Shown: positions 1 through 12,551, counted from the first letter of the whole stretch. The stretch is DNA of 63,456 nucleotides, filler included, from Polymyxa betae A26-41 (GCA_003693705.1; 6 parts of 6 records of this genome joined end to end with filler, not necessarily neighbours in it); one strand, 5' to 3'. Notes: generated from the sequence alone by a model not told the origin. Translations and numbers: made by a program.

Positions 1-432
1 ATGGCGTCGATGCCAGTCAGAGTATAAGGAAGATGCGCTGCGGACTGCGGATCGATCATCGAAGTTGTTCCGTGTTGATGACTGCAAAAACTGAAGAAGT
101 TCGGACTCGGCGTCCTGACTGCGGGTTTGTAAAGTGACATCATCGGGATTGGCCTCTAGGGCCACTCGTGCTTGTTCGGCGTTTTGGAATACCGCAGCGA
201 GTCGTGTTCGATCGTAAGAAGTGTTCGAGTTTACGTTACTGACAGAAGGGGCTGGATGAGGGAGGCCTGATAATGCCGTAGGAAATTGCGGGCGCGGCTC
301 GTCGCCGGTCGCGATCAGGTATGCTTCGAGTCGTTCGAGACCGATAATAGCCTCTCGTCTCCAGAGTTGCCAGTTGGACTCCGTTAACAGAAAAGATGTT
401 AATGCGCTTGATGACTTCATCTCGCTGCTCAT
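1..432 (-). CDS. gag: Ty1/copia gag N-terminus (partial, runs off window start)
   Basis: Manual translation from ATG at 432 is open to position 1: MSSEMKSSSALTSFLLTESNWQLWRREAIIGLERLEAYLIATGDEPRP. This matches the copia gag start motif LxxxN(Y/W)xxW...L.....V.G.E..P and lies downstream of an LTR and PBS. Absent from the ORF track because no stop lies in the window. Confidence 0.8.
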   Translation of the reverse strand, partial: MSSEMKSSSALTSFLLTESNWQLWRREAIIGLERLEAYLIATGDEPRPQFPTALSGLPHPAPSVSNVNSNTSYDRTRLAAVFQNAEQARVALEANPDDVTLQTRSQDAESELLQFLQSSTRNNFDDRSAVRSASSLYSDWHRRH

Positions 433-630
433 TCTGCTCGGCGCAGTAGATGACGATAGGAGGATTAGTCGTGTCGGGGTTTGCGGTGAAGCTAGCCCAC
501 AGCGTTCACGAATCCTTTGTCAGCAGTACGGACGGGCAGTTCGGAGTGCGTCAGTCGCTCCCTGCTCTGTCCCTGAGACGTATCCTAAGTCGGTCTCCCG
601 GCGTCGCGGTCTTGCAGCGGATAGCGTGGT

Positions 631-644
631 CTGGGCCGATAACC
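631..644 (-). promoter_or_regulatory. Primer-binding site GGTTATCGGCCCAG (half-tRNA-iMet type)
   Basis: Directly follows the ...CCTACA LTR end on the minus strand; one mismatch from the Drosophila copia PBS GGTTATGGGCCCAG. Confidence 0.75.
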
Positions 645-828
645 TGTAGGCTTGGTAGAAAGTGAAGTCGCACAGGCTGATGAATTAATGGAATGATCTG
701 TATTGATATAGGACAGTACCCGAAGGGCCTGGGCAGGGCACGTGATCAAGGGCCTGATCGACGGCACGAGATCGATGATGTAACGTGACAGTTCGTCACG
801 TGATCATGTCTTGGTCAGAATCTTCACA
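645..828 (-). mobile_element. 5' LTR of a minus-strand copia element inserted into the mariner
   Basis: TGT...ACA termini and adjacent PBS. The outer boundary is 828 (mariner homology starts at 829) or alternatively 790. Confidence 0.6.
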
Positions 829-1806
829 CTTAGCAGCTGAGTTACAGGTCTCAACTGGGACATTATACAACAGGTTCCGAGAAGGATTCTTGAGAAGGCA
901 TCGGAATAAGATCAAACCGAAATTAAATCCCGTTGACAAAACCGAAAGAATCAGATTTTGTCTACACCATCTGAATATAGTTAAGTTATCCGACCCAGAC
1001 GCGAAGTTTTCTTCGATGCTGGACACCATTCACGTCGATGAGAAATAGTTTTTTGTTACCGAAGACAACCCCGTGAGAACATGTCAAAACAAGAACTCCA
1101 TTCAGAAAGTCATGTTTCTGGCAGCAGTCGCACGACCTGTATATGACAGTCAGGGAAACGTAATTTTTGATGGCAAATTGGGGGTCTGGCCTTTTGTTAC
1201 CAAGACAACAGCGCAAAGGTTCAGTAAAAACCGTCCGGGAGGGACTTTGATAACTACAGATATCATCATAAACAAGGAGACATACAGAAAATGCTTGATA
1301 GAGCAATTGCTTCCAGCAATTCTCAGAAAATGGCCGGTCGGTCACGATCTTAATCTCCCTGTCTTTATACTGCAGGATAATGCTAAGCCCCATATTCAAG
1401 TTGACGATGATGAATTCCTACAAGCTGCGTCTGCTTTGAGGGAGAATAATCTGGAGGTCCATCTACGTTTCCAGCCAGCCAACAGTCCAGACTTCAATGT
1501 CCTAGATTTGGGATTTTCCGTGCCATTCAGGCTGTGCAGCAAAAGAAGAAGTTTGTAAGCGTGGATGAGCTCATATCTGTAGTGCAGCAGTCCTTTTTCG
1601 ACATGCCAGATCAAGCGTTAAACTGCGTGTTCCTGACATTACAAACATGCATGCTGGAGTCAATGAAAAGAGAGGGGGGAAACGATTACAAAATTCCCCA
1701 TCTGGGGAAGCAGAAGATGATCAGGGAGAACCGTCTTTCCTTGCAAATCAGTGTTGAACAGAACGTCATCAATCAAGCATTGAGATGCTTAGAGACTGAT
1801 GAATAA
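829..1806 (+). pseudogene. Plant-type (DD39D-like) mariner transposase, disrupted
   Basis: Motifs LRRH.NKIKP.L, IHVDEK*, IQKVMFLAAVARP, FDGKLGVWPF, QDNAKPH, QPANSPDFNVLDLGF, GGNDYKIPH. TAG at 1046-1048 replaces the conserved W; frameshift near 1520; 5' part lost to the copia insertion. Confidence 0.9.
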
Positions 1807-1902
1807 AGCGAGATCTAATTGTTTCTAGACGGGTACCTGTGACGGACTTATTGAGACAAAATTTGCGACACTTATTTTTGAATATTTTCCGAACCCATTT
1901 CC

Positions 1903-1927
1903 GACACTTATTTTTGAACGGAGGGAG
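1903..1927 (-). repeat. Right TIR of mariner (CTCCCTCCGTTCAAAAATAAGTGTC) followed by TA target site
   Basis: Stowaway/mariner-type terminus with TA at 1928-1929; subterminal copy GACACTTATTTTTGAA at 1867-1882. Confidence 0.85.
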
Positions 1928-2053
1928 TAGTTTTTATTGCCATTTGATGCGCACTTTTGTTATGTAAGCAGCTTATGCGTTACCATTCGTGTAACGAGAA
2001 TTGTCGAAATACATTCCTGTGCAGATTTGTGATATCATTAATTCATTACCACC

Positions 2054-3964
2054 TCATGATTCGGCCACGATCCCCAAGGCTGGCGGCACAGGTGCGACTT
2101 TATCTCGGTTGCGCGGCGACAGGATGAAACGTTTCATGGCATTCGACAGGCGCGGCATTATCGAGATCCGTCGCTGCTGAGTCGACTGGCTGATCCGTTC
2201 GCCCGGCCTTCGCGGTTTCAGCATCAGAATCGAGAACAGCGACATGGCCGGTAACGTGATGTTATACGTTACCGCATAAATCGCGAAACCGACGGGATTA
2301 TCGTTCATATACGGATTGGTGCTGAAGATCGCGACTTGGGTGAGAAACATAAACATCGATAGCGTTAGCAGAATGGCAAGTGTAACGAAACGCCGTAGAA
2401 AGTTGTCCATGCGAACGGAGACCGACGAGCCTTCCCGGGCGCGACGAGACCGCATCAGTCCGATTCGAAAAAGTGCGATACTGACGGAGAAATAAATTGC
2501 GATCGCGAACACACAAATGCCGTTAACCAGCGCGTTCAGCTGGTAGAGCTCGACACCGGCCACGGACTGCCGATACATGATCAACTGCGTGATCTCGGCC
2601 ACGTCCAGTAACACGGCACTGAACGCGAACAGCCCGATGATGCAGTCGCCGAGCAAGTACGACCCGTGCTGTTGCGTGATATCCGATTTCAGCGTGATCT
2701 TGTGCCAGTAACGTGCCGTAATAATCGAGATCGAGTTCTCCAGGCCCATAAAGTGCGACGACATGATCATCGTGACCTCATAGGGTAACGTGGAAATCGC
2801 CCCGAACCCGCCCCCGACGTACATCACCGCCATGGTCACGGCCTTCAACAAACCCGCGAATAGGGCCGCATGAATCAGGGTGATATGCCCAGCCAGGTCC
2901 CGGCACGGACGCCGATTCCCATTTGGCGCGAAACGAATCAACAGCGCATGATCCCACAGGTACCTCAGGGCCAGTACGGCCAGGGCTGCGTACAGGCCCA
3001 CCAGCAGCCAGCGACCCAGGATCTGATACCAGACGGTTTCGAAGACGACGATGTAGGGGGATTTGTCGGCGCGGACCAGTACGACGTCGCCCTCGCGCAG
3101 GACCGTGGCGGCGGAGGTTGCCGTGGAGAGGCCCAAGTCCGTGGTGAAGCGCGCTTCGACCATGATGGCGTGCTGGTGGCGCTGGCGACCGGTGTGATCG
3201 GAAATCGAGGGCATCGTGTAACGCCAGCCTGCTCCATACGGAACTTCACCTAACAGATCCCCATGTCAGATTAGTGCGTGGAATGAAATGTCAAAGCTCG
3301 GTATGAAAAGGTTGCGGCATGAGAAAGGTGCGCCGAAAGAAATAGTTGAAAGTCTGAGTTGCCCAGTAAGAAAAGTTGCGCGATGAAAAAGGTGTGCGGT
3401 GTTGGGAAAGCGCAAACAGCAACGGAAACGAATTTGTGAAAACTGCGTGCGGTTGAAAAGAGCCTGCCAATTGTAAAGGCAGAGAAAATGCTTCAATACG
3501 TCAAGAGTTGAAACTGATAGAACTGAGCTTTTTTCATCTGCTGTTTGAACAAGTGCCAACTAACAAAAAGTTCAAAAAAGCAAACAAAACTCAATCGAGA
3601 ATGAAACAGAAAGAAACGAAACTAGATACGTACGGATGATTGCAGAAGCATTCAGATCAGCGAAATTATCATAGATGACAAAATCCGGGCAGGTCCACGA
3701 CGACTGCGGCAGAAGCACGACGCGCTGATTGACGGCCTCCTTCGGAATTCCAGCCCCTTCGCAGTAATCGCCATCGAAGCGGTGCACGACGCCACGGACT
3801 TCGGCCTGCGGGCCGGCCGCGTTCTCGAACGTCACGCCCAGCCAGCGGTTCGCCGAATACGCCGCGATCTCCGTCGTCGTCGTACTGTTCCCATAGATGA
3901 CGATCAGCGCATGGCATCGGCACAGGAGCAGCCCGGCCAGTAGGACGCCGCTGCGAACCGCCAT
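2054..3964 (-). CDS. Signal-peptide multi-pass (~7TM) receptor-like membrane protein, 2 exons (3964-3634, 3249-2054), ~508 aa
   Basis: A GT-AG intron at 3633-3250 joins the two ORFs in frame (AIIR|EVPYGAG). N-terminal signal peptide, ectodomain with paired Cys, about 7 hydrophobic segments and a basic cytoplasmic tail. Confidence 0.75.
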
Positions 3965-6007
3965 TCGATACGGCTCTCACGTGATCGATGGGTCGTACCC
4001 GCCCCGGGTCGCTATTTCTGTCCATAAGTTAATGGCAGTTAAGCGGGCCGTATCAACCTGTGCGGGGTAGTACGACCGTTACCCCGGTCGCATTTCGCAA
4101 AGTGTCTGTACGACGGATTTGAAAGGATTGCCCGATGTTTCCGCAGCCATATATAAGCGACGTTTGAACTGTAGGGTTTTAGGGTTAGGGTTTCTTTGCC
4201 ATTCCGCATGTTTCCGCTGTGGACTTGTTGGTGTTCGCTCTTCAACGGCGGTTGTTTGTCAAAATTCGAAAAATCATCAAATAACAGCTGACCTTCCCCA
4301 TTGGTCCATTTGGCCTATTGGTCCATTTGGTTTTCGATAATACGACGATGGACGTACTGGACAGGATATTCTAACAATGGAAAATTATGGAAGCAGACCA
4401 TAACCGATCTGTCATTGACCCGGACCGCTCTCATAAAATTCTGGACGGAGCGGAAATGTTATCTATGAGAGAGCACTTCGAGACCGTCCCCTCGTCTACG
4501 CCCGGGTAACTTGCATCCGATCTGTCAAAGAGATTCCTGCGAGAATAATATCGTAGTTGTCACCTCTCGGAGCAAACGTGAAGGTTGCGACTTTTGGTTA
4601 AATAGCCCAGTGACAGATACCGCTAATAACTCTAACATCAAGCCGAGCCGAGTTTAAACGGCCGATGGGCGACATTTCGTCGAACACTGGATACCAGAGT
4701 CCGGCGCCTATGGACAGCGAACCAGCTGCGCCCGGCGGCAACGTAACGGGGCTCAACGCCGGGACGGTCCTGCTTCAGGCGAAGTTCACGCCGGCGCGGA
4801 TTCAGAATTTCGCGGTGACGATCGATTGACTGAAGGTCACACTGACTGGGTCATACGCGCAGGGACAGGCCTTTTTGCAGGATGGGGTCGTACGACCCCA
4901 TCCCGAGTGCTGTCGAGCAGGGCGAGCAGTTTCATAAATTGCTCGAATGATGCCATCACCACGAGGCCATGCTAAAGCAATCAAACCGTTTTGGCAGGGT
5001 GTTCAAGCAAAACTGATCATCCAGCCCATGACGCCAGTTAGGAAAGTATTAATACGCACTTTTCAATACGTTACTTTCTCAACCCATTTTATGTGAATAA
5101 ATCAGTTTCTGAGCCTGGTTGAAGTGCGTATCGTCTACTTTGTGGTCGTCTCCTTATTGGGTCGCCTTGACTGCGGTGCGCATTTTCTGTCTCCTTATAA
5201 TTTCAGGAGGTCGCCGACCTCCTTTTTCAATAAGTAGATAAAGCGCAGTTCAATCCGGAACGCAAAAAGGAGATAACCCTCTTCGAAAAAGTAGATGATA
5301 ACATCAACTTACTCGGAGGATGATGCTGCCATTGTCCGGGCTGCTGTTGGCTGTTTTCAATCTACGATGACTGCCGTCCTAGCAGATGGGAGAAGATCGA
5401 AAGGGCTAAGAGTGAGCAAAACTCGGCCCCTAACGAAACTTGGGAGCGAGTTCGTCTGTCGACCGAAATGGACGGAACGATCTGAATCAGAAAACTGGAA
5501 TTCAAGTTCGTCGTAATTGCTTATAGTACAGCTAGATTCGGGAAATAAGGAGTTTATTTCAACCATGTCTCTGCTTATTCTCGACTGAAAAAGGAGATAT
5601 GCAAAAAGTGGACGATACGCACTTCAACCATGCTCTCACAGTGCAGTATTCTGTCTTCAGCTCCGATTTTTTGACGGAGTCCCAACTGCGCCAGTGCGCA
5701 GTTTGTAAACTCACAAAGTTTTTTCGGTCAGATTTCCAGATTTCACTTTTTGTACAGTATGAGCAGGGCTTTGTTTGTTACGACTTTATGTCTCGAATTT
5801 GATTGCCGCCGCCACACTTGTCTCTGTTGTTTTCTTCGTGTTTTCTTCGTTTAAAAGCCGATGTCTGTGGCTCTAGCAGAACTATATCTTGATATCACTC
5901 TTTCCTAACTGGATTTCAAGCGATGTGTAACGTTAGAGGAGTGACAGGGGTGACCCCAAGGCCCCTCTGCAAGAGCGGAACCTTTCATAGAGAGACGCCT
6001 CTCGTCA

Positions 6008-8453
6008 ATGGCATTATGGAAGGTGATCGTCGGGCTGCTGGCAGCGACGACATCTGTCGCCGCACGAGCGTTCCCGGAGGGAGTCGGCGGCTGTGACCCG
6101 GATGCTTCGCCACCAGAAAGCAGGGCTTTGTTCGTGGCTGGCGGCCCCGACCCCTCTCTGCCCATGAGGTCTGATCTGCCCCTGACCATAACAAGATTGC
6201 CTGAGTAAGCTTTTACCATTTTCGTTTTCTTTGTGAAAGCCTATCCGCCAATAATCGTCTTACAGCTGTGGCAGTATTTTGCAATTTTGTTGTTATGTTG
6301 TAATTTATTGAAACAGTTCCCATTTATTTGCCATCTTGTAATCCAAGCTTTGTTTTGCTAGTGGCTTCCTGCTGTCTTGTTCAAACATTTAGATGAGCGT
6401 TTGGTTCACCAATTTAGCTTTTTCTGCAATTGCTTCTTTCCATTGGCGAATTTTCTTTATATTTGTCGCTGTGTAATCAAGACAGTTCTGTTATCTCTCT
6501 TGCTGTCTCGTTTAAGTTTATTGACTGTTTTTGTACTGCATGATATTATTTCAGGACTCTAGATTTTCAGCTGCTTGGCTACAATTTCCTTATTTGCACG
6601 GCACTGTTTTTTTATTTTGATTGCCAGCTTCACTAAACGCTTGGCTTGATTCAGGTTCGATCACGACGACGGATTCGGGTTCGTCGCCTCGTTTAAGAAC
6701 GCATATATGTCTGGCGAATGGAGCGCCATCTACGATTGCAAGGTCGAATACTTCGCCGGGGGTTGCCGTGCTTGGCTGGCTGAGTTCCCGATGGACCGAC
6801 TCGCAAAAAAGTCCCCAATCCAGCTTGGTCGTGCTGTTGTTGTTTCGCAATTCTGGGGATATGGATATTATCACTGGTTTATTGAGGTCAGTGGTTTTTT
6901 TCTGTTTAGCAAACATTTGTTCTAGCGCTCAGGATCGGAAAAGTTGAAATGTGATTTTGAGATTTTCTTTTGGTGATAATCTTTGTTCTAGCGCTCAGGA
7001 TTGGAAAGTTGAAATGTGATTTTGAGATTTTTTTGGTGATATTCTTTGTTCTAGCGCTCAGGATTGGAGAGTTGAAATGTGATTTTAAGATCTTTTGGTG
7101 ATTTGCTTTCGGCTGCAATTAGTCTGACTCATGCCTACAATGATAATGTTTTCTTTTCTTTCATTTCAACATGCTGCGTTCTTGATCATTTGATGCTTAT
7201 TTAGGGGTTCCTGCGATTAGCTCTGGTTTATGATTATCTGGTCGATAATCCCGACGTAAAAATTGTGATGTACAAGATGGACAATTCGGAAGCGTTTTTA
7301 AAGCTGATTGGACTGGATCCAGCACGGCTGGTTTCGTTCGACGACGGAGCCCTATATTTCGCTCAGGAGCTGCAATCGCCATCACCATCGGCTTGTGGAA
7401 GTGCGATGGGACCGGCAGCCAGGAAAATGCGATCGTTGTTCCGATCAAATGCTCGCCATCTGATACCAGAGGTTAGTAGATTTATTCTTTCACCTAACCC
7501 ACGTTTTTTCTGCGGGCCACTTTTTACTTGAAGTTCTTTTGTGCTTGATTGTCTTCTCCTCACATGCTAAGCTTTATCTATATCGTTAACTCCAATTTTG
7601 TTTGAAGTTTTCCCGCTGTGGTTCCGTTTCGATGTTTATTCATGATGGTTCATTTCATTTTTTTTTTAACCCATTGCTGCTCTTTTGATAAAATCTTGTA
7701 TATTATTGTTGCCGTTTTATGTTCTGCCTTTGGCGTACTCATTCTGATTTGCCTGCACAGATTTCCGTTGATAGCGGTGAACAATTCACCATTGTGGTCC
7801 AATCTCGCGGTCACGATGGGCAATCGCGCTCGATCACGAACGAAGCTGAGTTACTAGCTGCATTACGCCGGGAGAACCCCGATGCTCGTATCCTGGAGTT
7901 TGGACCCGATGCGAACTTATGGGACACTGTCAAATTGCATTATCATGCGAACATCGTTATCGGGCCACACGGAGCTGGCCTCAGCAATGTATTTTTTATT
8001 GAGCTCTCTTTGTTCTATTCTCATATCACTCATTTGTCAATTAACTGCTTTCCTAATTTCCGACATTTCCTTATTATATTCAGTTGTAGTATTATTGGTT
8101 ATAGCTGAATATGCCCAAACCTTGTTTAAGTCTTATTTGTTTTTAAAATTGGCTACAGATTCTATTCGTGTTTTTGACATTGGCTACAGATTCTATTCGC
8201 TCCGGAAGGCACAGCCTTGATTGAGTTACATCCTGATATTGGCAACGATCACCGATACGGAAGGCATGACGTCAACATCTGCCATCAAAGGACTGCCCAT
8301 AGGGTCGGATCCCGCGAAATTCTTTTAATTGAAGATAATGGAACCTACGCTACCCCGTTCTCTGTCGATATTGACCGAGTCGTACAAGTCGTATCACAGC
8401 TCCGACGAGGAGTGCTTGTGCCGGTTTCTTACACCGACCTAGAGAGAGAATAA
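6008..8453 (+). CDS. Glycosyltransferase family 61 (DUF563) protein, 5 exons (6008-6204, 6655-6886, 7205-7471, 7761-7988, 8190-8453)
   Basis: In-frame splicing at GT-AG sites gives a signal peptide and the GT61 motifs WGYGYYHWFIEGFLRL, SR...RSITNEAELL and IGPHGAGLSNILFAPEGTALIELHP. Confidence 0.88.
6916..7102. repeat. Intronic tandem repeat, ~3 x 63-66 bp
   Basis: TTTGTTCTAGCGCTCAGGAT..GTTGAAATGTGATTTT recurs at 6916, 6982 and 7045. Confidence 0.9.
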
Positions 8454-8632
8454 ACTTGGCAGATCTGTAAGCTCTGTTCATTTTACTGTTTTTTGTAATA
8501 ACGATTGAGGCTGTCAAGACGTTCCATCTACCAATCTCAGGCTGCTTTGTTGCAAAGTTGGAGAAATATGAATTCGTTCCAAAAGTGATAATGCAAAACA
8601 TCTTCAATATAGCAAAGCTCTCCAAAAACGGA

Positions 8633-8714
8633 AGCCGTCGACGAGATTTGAACTCGCGCGGGCAAAGCCCAGTAGATTTCGAATCTACCTCCTTGACCGC
8701 TCGGACACAACGGC
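8633..8714 (-). tRNA. tRNA-Ser(CGA)
   Basis: Cloverleaf with GCCGTTG/CGACGGC acceptor stem, anticodon loop TTCGAAA, long variable arm, GTTCAAATC T-loop, and downstream T-run. Confidence 0.93.
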
Positions 8715-10578
8715 GCCTAGTTGGTACCAAACAGTTGGCATTTTGGTCATGGAAGAACGGATGCGGTTTCAGCGCTTACTCGGCTCGATCAAGGAACTCC
8801 GACATTGAATCATTCTTTAAACTTTGCTTTGTATCACACATTCGTATGCCTTGTTTGCTTTTGTATTCGATGTAAGTAGGCATGATGCGACTGCGCTTGT
8901 TTTCTTACTTAGATTCGGCCAGCGAAGAATCGACGAAAACGGCAAGGACAATCCGAGCTGAAATTGAAACTGATGCCAGATGTTGAAGATTCATCCAATC
9001 CAATGAGACAATCGGACTTGAAATGTTGGAGCAATACACTAAATAGCATATTCTACAACACGAAAATCTGTTTGCAGTTTTTTATAGGACCATCGAAGCG
9101 AATGGCGTTGCTGGTTTTCCTTCCATTTCTAGTTCATATTCATGCCATGAATGTAATTGGAAAACAGGCCGCCAATCGATTCGTTCAGCGTTCAGCTTGG
9201 TGCACGCCGTGTGGAGAACCCCAAATTCTAATAAAATCAATGATGAAAATCAAACATCAACAAGGGTTCGCCAATTAGAGCTGACATCATCCCTCGAGGC
9301 ATTACGATTCCATCGTCAGCAGGACATTTGGCGGCCCTGAGTCCGCAATAGCCGTCGATATTGGTTCTGGGATTTCATAACCTGATTCTGAAACTATTTG
9401 TGTCATTTTCCAATTTCCTTTTGTGTTTCTGAAATTTATCCGCATCAATCCAGCGAGAAGATCAGCGAGCAGCACGAACAGCACTTTGACCAGGCGAGAT
9501 CGGTCCGATATGTGACCGAATATTGAAACAAAGTGAACTTCGACTAATTGATACCGGGAAACGGGATCATGAGGAACGTGGATTCGAATTAATCTCAGGC
9601 TGAACCAGTAACAGTCCTTCCTCTCTATAACGACACTCTTTATAACGACAGCTCTATAGAAGCCAGTTAATGTTATTTGTTCGAATTTCTTTAGTATCTT
9701 TCTATGGGTTCTCTACAACGACATCAACGACGTGGAAGCGCGGCCCATTCCTGTCAAATGAGATTTATATTGGGCTCTTTGTCTCCCATCTCGATCATTG
9801 GCAATGAAAACCTGTTTTTCTACCATGGCCTCGTCACCCTTAAACTGGTCAGCTGGGAGGGTGAGCCTTTTCAGCATAGCGTGGGTCGGATGTATGAGAT
9901 TTGGAACGGCCTGTACAAACCATAGCCGAGCTTGATGAATTCCATCAGCAAGTTGTTGATATTGGTTCTGTCAGCATCCCTGAAGATTGAGTTACCGGAT
10001 GCAGTACCTAACAAGATTTGTTTCCGCGAATCTTTGCAATCGGTGATTCTGGGCTCTTACGGGAAAAGCAATAAAATACTGCAATAGGCGTATCACATAC
10101 GCATTCAATACAAATCGAGCAAAGCCGTTTGTTTTATGTTTGATTGTGTAGATTCAGCTGTTAGTATCTGTTGTCCAACAGAAAGAAATTTTAATGTGTC
10201 GAAGAGCAACATGGAAACTATGTATTGGTTTTCAGCCTCAATGGGACGTCGAATGCAAGTTCCTAGAGCCAGAGCAGGACGTTAATGAGCAATTTATACT
10301 TGGGATTCTGAAGAAGCATATATCATATGTCTAAAGTGGAAGTTTAACAAGATCCGCTCCTAGAAGCCAGCCCTAATCCCAAAAACACATCACATGATTC
10401 ATTGCAGATACATCAGTGGGCATCTTACGACAGCCGTGGCTTGATGATGATGGAAGATACAATTTCCGGAGGAGACAGAGATGTATGGATGCAGCCAGAT
10501 TGATTACTTCGGGGTTCACGAGCCACGGGAGGCCACGCCCAACCAAGTTAAACTGGGAGGCGCGGCCTCGCTTAGCAG

Positions 10579-10585
10579 TCTCTCC

Positions 10586-10618
<33 letters not shown>

Positions 10619-10745
10619 TCACATTCTCCTCTCGCATTCGATTCCCTCTGCTGCTTTTCATAGCCTCTCTTGGCTGATCCTATCTCCTCTCTCTCGCATT
10701 CCATTCCCTCTGCTGCTTTTCATAGTCTCTCTTGGCTGATCCTAT
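10579..10745. repeat. (CT)n microsatellite plus 55-bp direct duplication
   Basis: CT tract at 10579-10620; CTCTCGCATTC...TTGGCTGATCCTAT at 10629-10683 and 10691-10745. Confidence 0.9.
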
Positions 10746-12477
10746 GGATGTTCCCGCCTACACTGTCTGGCACGTAGATGTCAATAATGATTACATCAGA
10801 AGCGTGGAGGATGATACCAGCAGCATTGGAACTGTTCCTGAAGACACACAGGATGATGATGACATCACTCCCCCTCTGGCTGTCCATCATCAGAACCAAT
10901 TGAACAATATTGCTAGATTGTCTCCATACTGGCGAATTTACGATTTAAAATTCGATTGTCATAAATTGATGTGACACCGAAAGCGTCGAAGTTGCCGTCC
11001 ACGGTTCTTTTGAAATCTGGATCAGATTTCTCTCTATTTTATCTCTGTTTTTATTTCTCTCCCATATGCCACAGATCATGTTCTCCCTTAGACCACCATT
11101 CTTCATCACCGTCTATTTTCATCCGATTCGAACGATCCTCCGTTAAGCTTGTCACCGCACGCCAGCAAGTCCATGTCCACCACAGTTTTGCTTCCCGTGC
11201 TTTATCGCAACATGGTTCCGTTGAATGATCCGGACGCCTTCGCATTTCAACATTCAAAATTGGCAGAATTCCTATAATGCTGTGAAGTCCAATCGATTTG
11301 TAAGGGCTTGGTGTGATGACAAGCAATCTGAAATATTTTAATTAGGTTCAACTGAAATTGCAGCGATTTTGCTCTTTGTCTCGCGAAACTCCAGAACTTA
11401 ATATTGAGCATTGCTTCCATGAGATTGTCACTCACGTTTCAGAGTGCTTAAATGTTGATGTTTCCAGATCACTCTAAATACGGAGTTAGAGATTATCTTG
11501 CTTACTAAAAATATTGCTTTCGAAGAATAACGGACAGCTGCTACTGCGACCACATGGGCAAAATCGTGATTAAGTCAGAATTCAAAACAGATCCTGACTT
11601 CGCTGTTGGTCACGTTTGGTTCACGGAAGTCGTGGGGCCCAATTATTTGAGGCCGTTTTCGCACAGAACATTTTGACTCACACGTTTCCCTTAACACAAA
11701 AGCAGTTCAAATTGTTCATAGAAACGGAAGACTGTCAATCAATATTGGCGTTTCCTCCAGGGTATGACATGGCTCCTGCTCAGCTTTCTCGGGATTCAAT
11801 TTTTCTAAAAAAAATATGCATCTGCCTTCTGGTTGCCACTCCATTGCCAGAGAAGTATGAAGAGGCGAAATCTCCTGACAAGGTTTATGCTCCTATCACA
11901 TCCAATCTTCCTCCTTCGGCCAAGAAGCCGAGTTAAACCTGCTCGAAAGCCTGTTGGCCGCCGCTCAGAAAGAATAAAAAAGCTGCCGATGCCTTCTACC
12001 GCTGCTCAGGAGCTGACGAGCCAGAACAGTTCCGTCAGGTCCGGATTCTGTCACTGCAAGAACTGGATGAAATTGAGACTCGCCTGGGCGAGCTTTCAAG
12101 TGATTCGGATTAGATTTTAGTTTGAAGCTGCAATTCTGACACCTGATAGATTGTTAGAGCACACCGTTACACTCTTCACAGTCCCATACTCCTCCTATTT
12201 ACCAAACTATTTTCACAAAAAATATATTTTGCTTTGGATTTTGTTGTCCCCGAAATGATCTAGTCGTATGTTCTGGATCAATTCTTGCATCGAAATGAGT
12301 AAAATAATAATAGCCTCCGTTAACGAAAGCCACTTCTAATGCATCATCACCTGATGAGTTCTTTCTCCAGCTTACAATCTCCGGACTTTCGTTTCAGTGA
12401 CAAAGCTTGACCAACCCCGAGCCTGAGATTCCAATCGCCCTTGAATTCATGAACAATACCGTTTTTGGAAAAAGCAA

Positions 12478-12551
12478 TGTCCCGACCCAGACTCGAACTA
12501 GAGACCTCCTGTGTGTTAGACTGGTGTGATAACCAACTACACCATCCGGAC
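12478..12551 (-). tRNA. tRNA-Val(AAC)
   Basis: GTCCGGATGGTGTAGTTGGTTATCAC...CTAACAC...GTTCGAGTC; one A-A mismatch in the anticodon stem. Confidence 0.85.

Noticed and set aside
9611-9730. CAGTC..CCTCTCTATAACGAC pogo/Tigger-like TIR remnant
   Set aside because: No partner TIR or transposase found; too weak to call.
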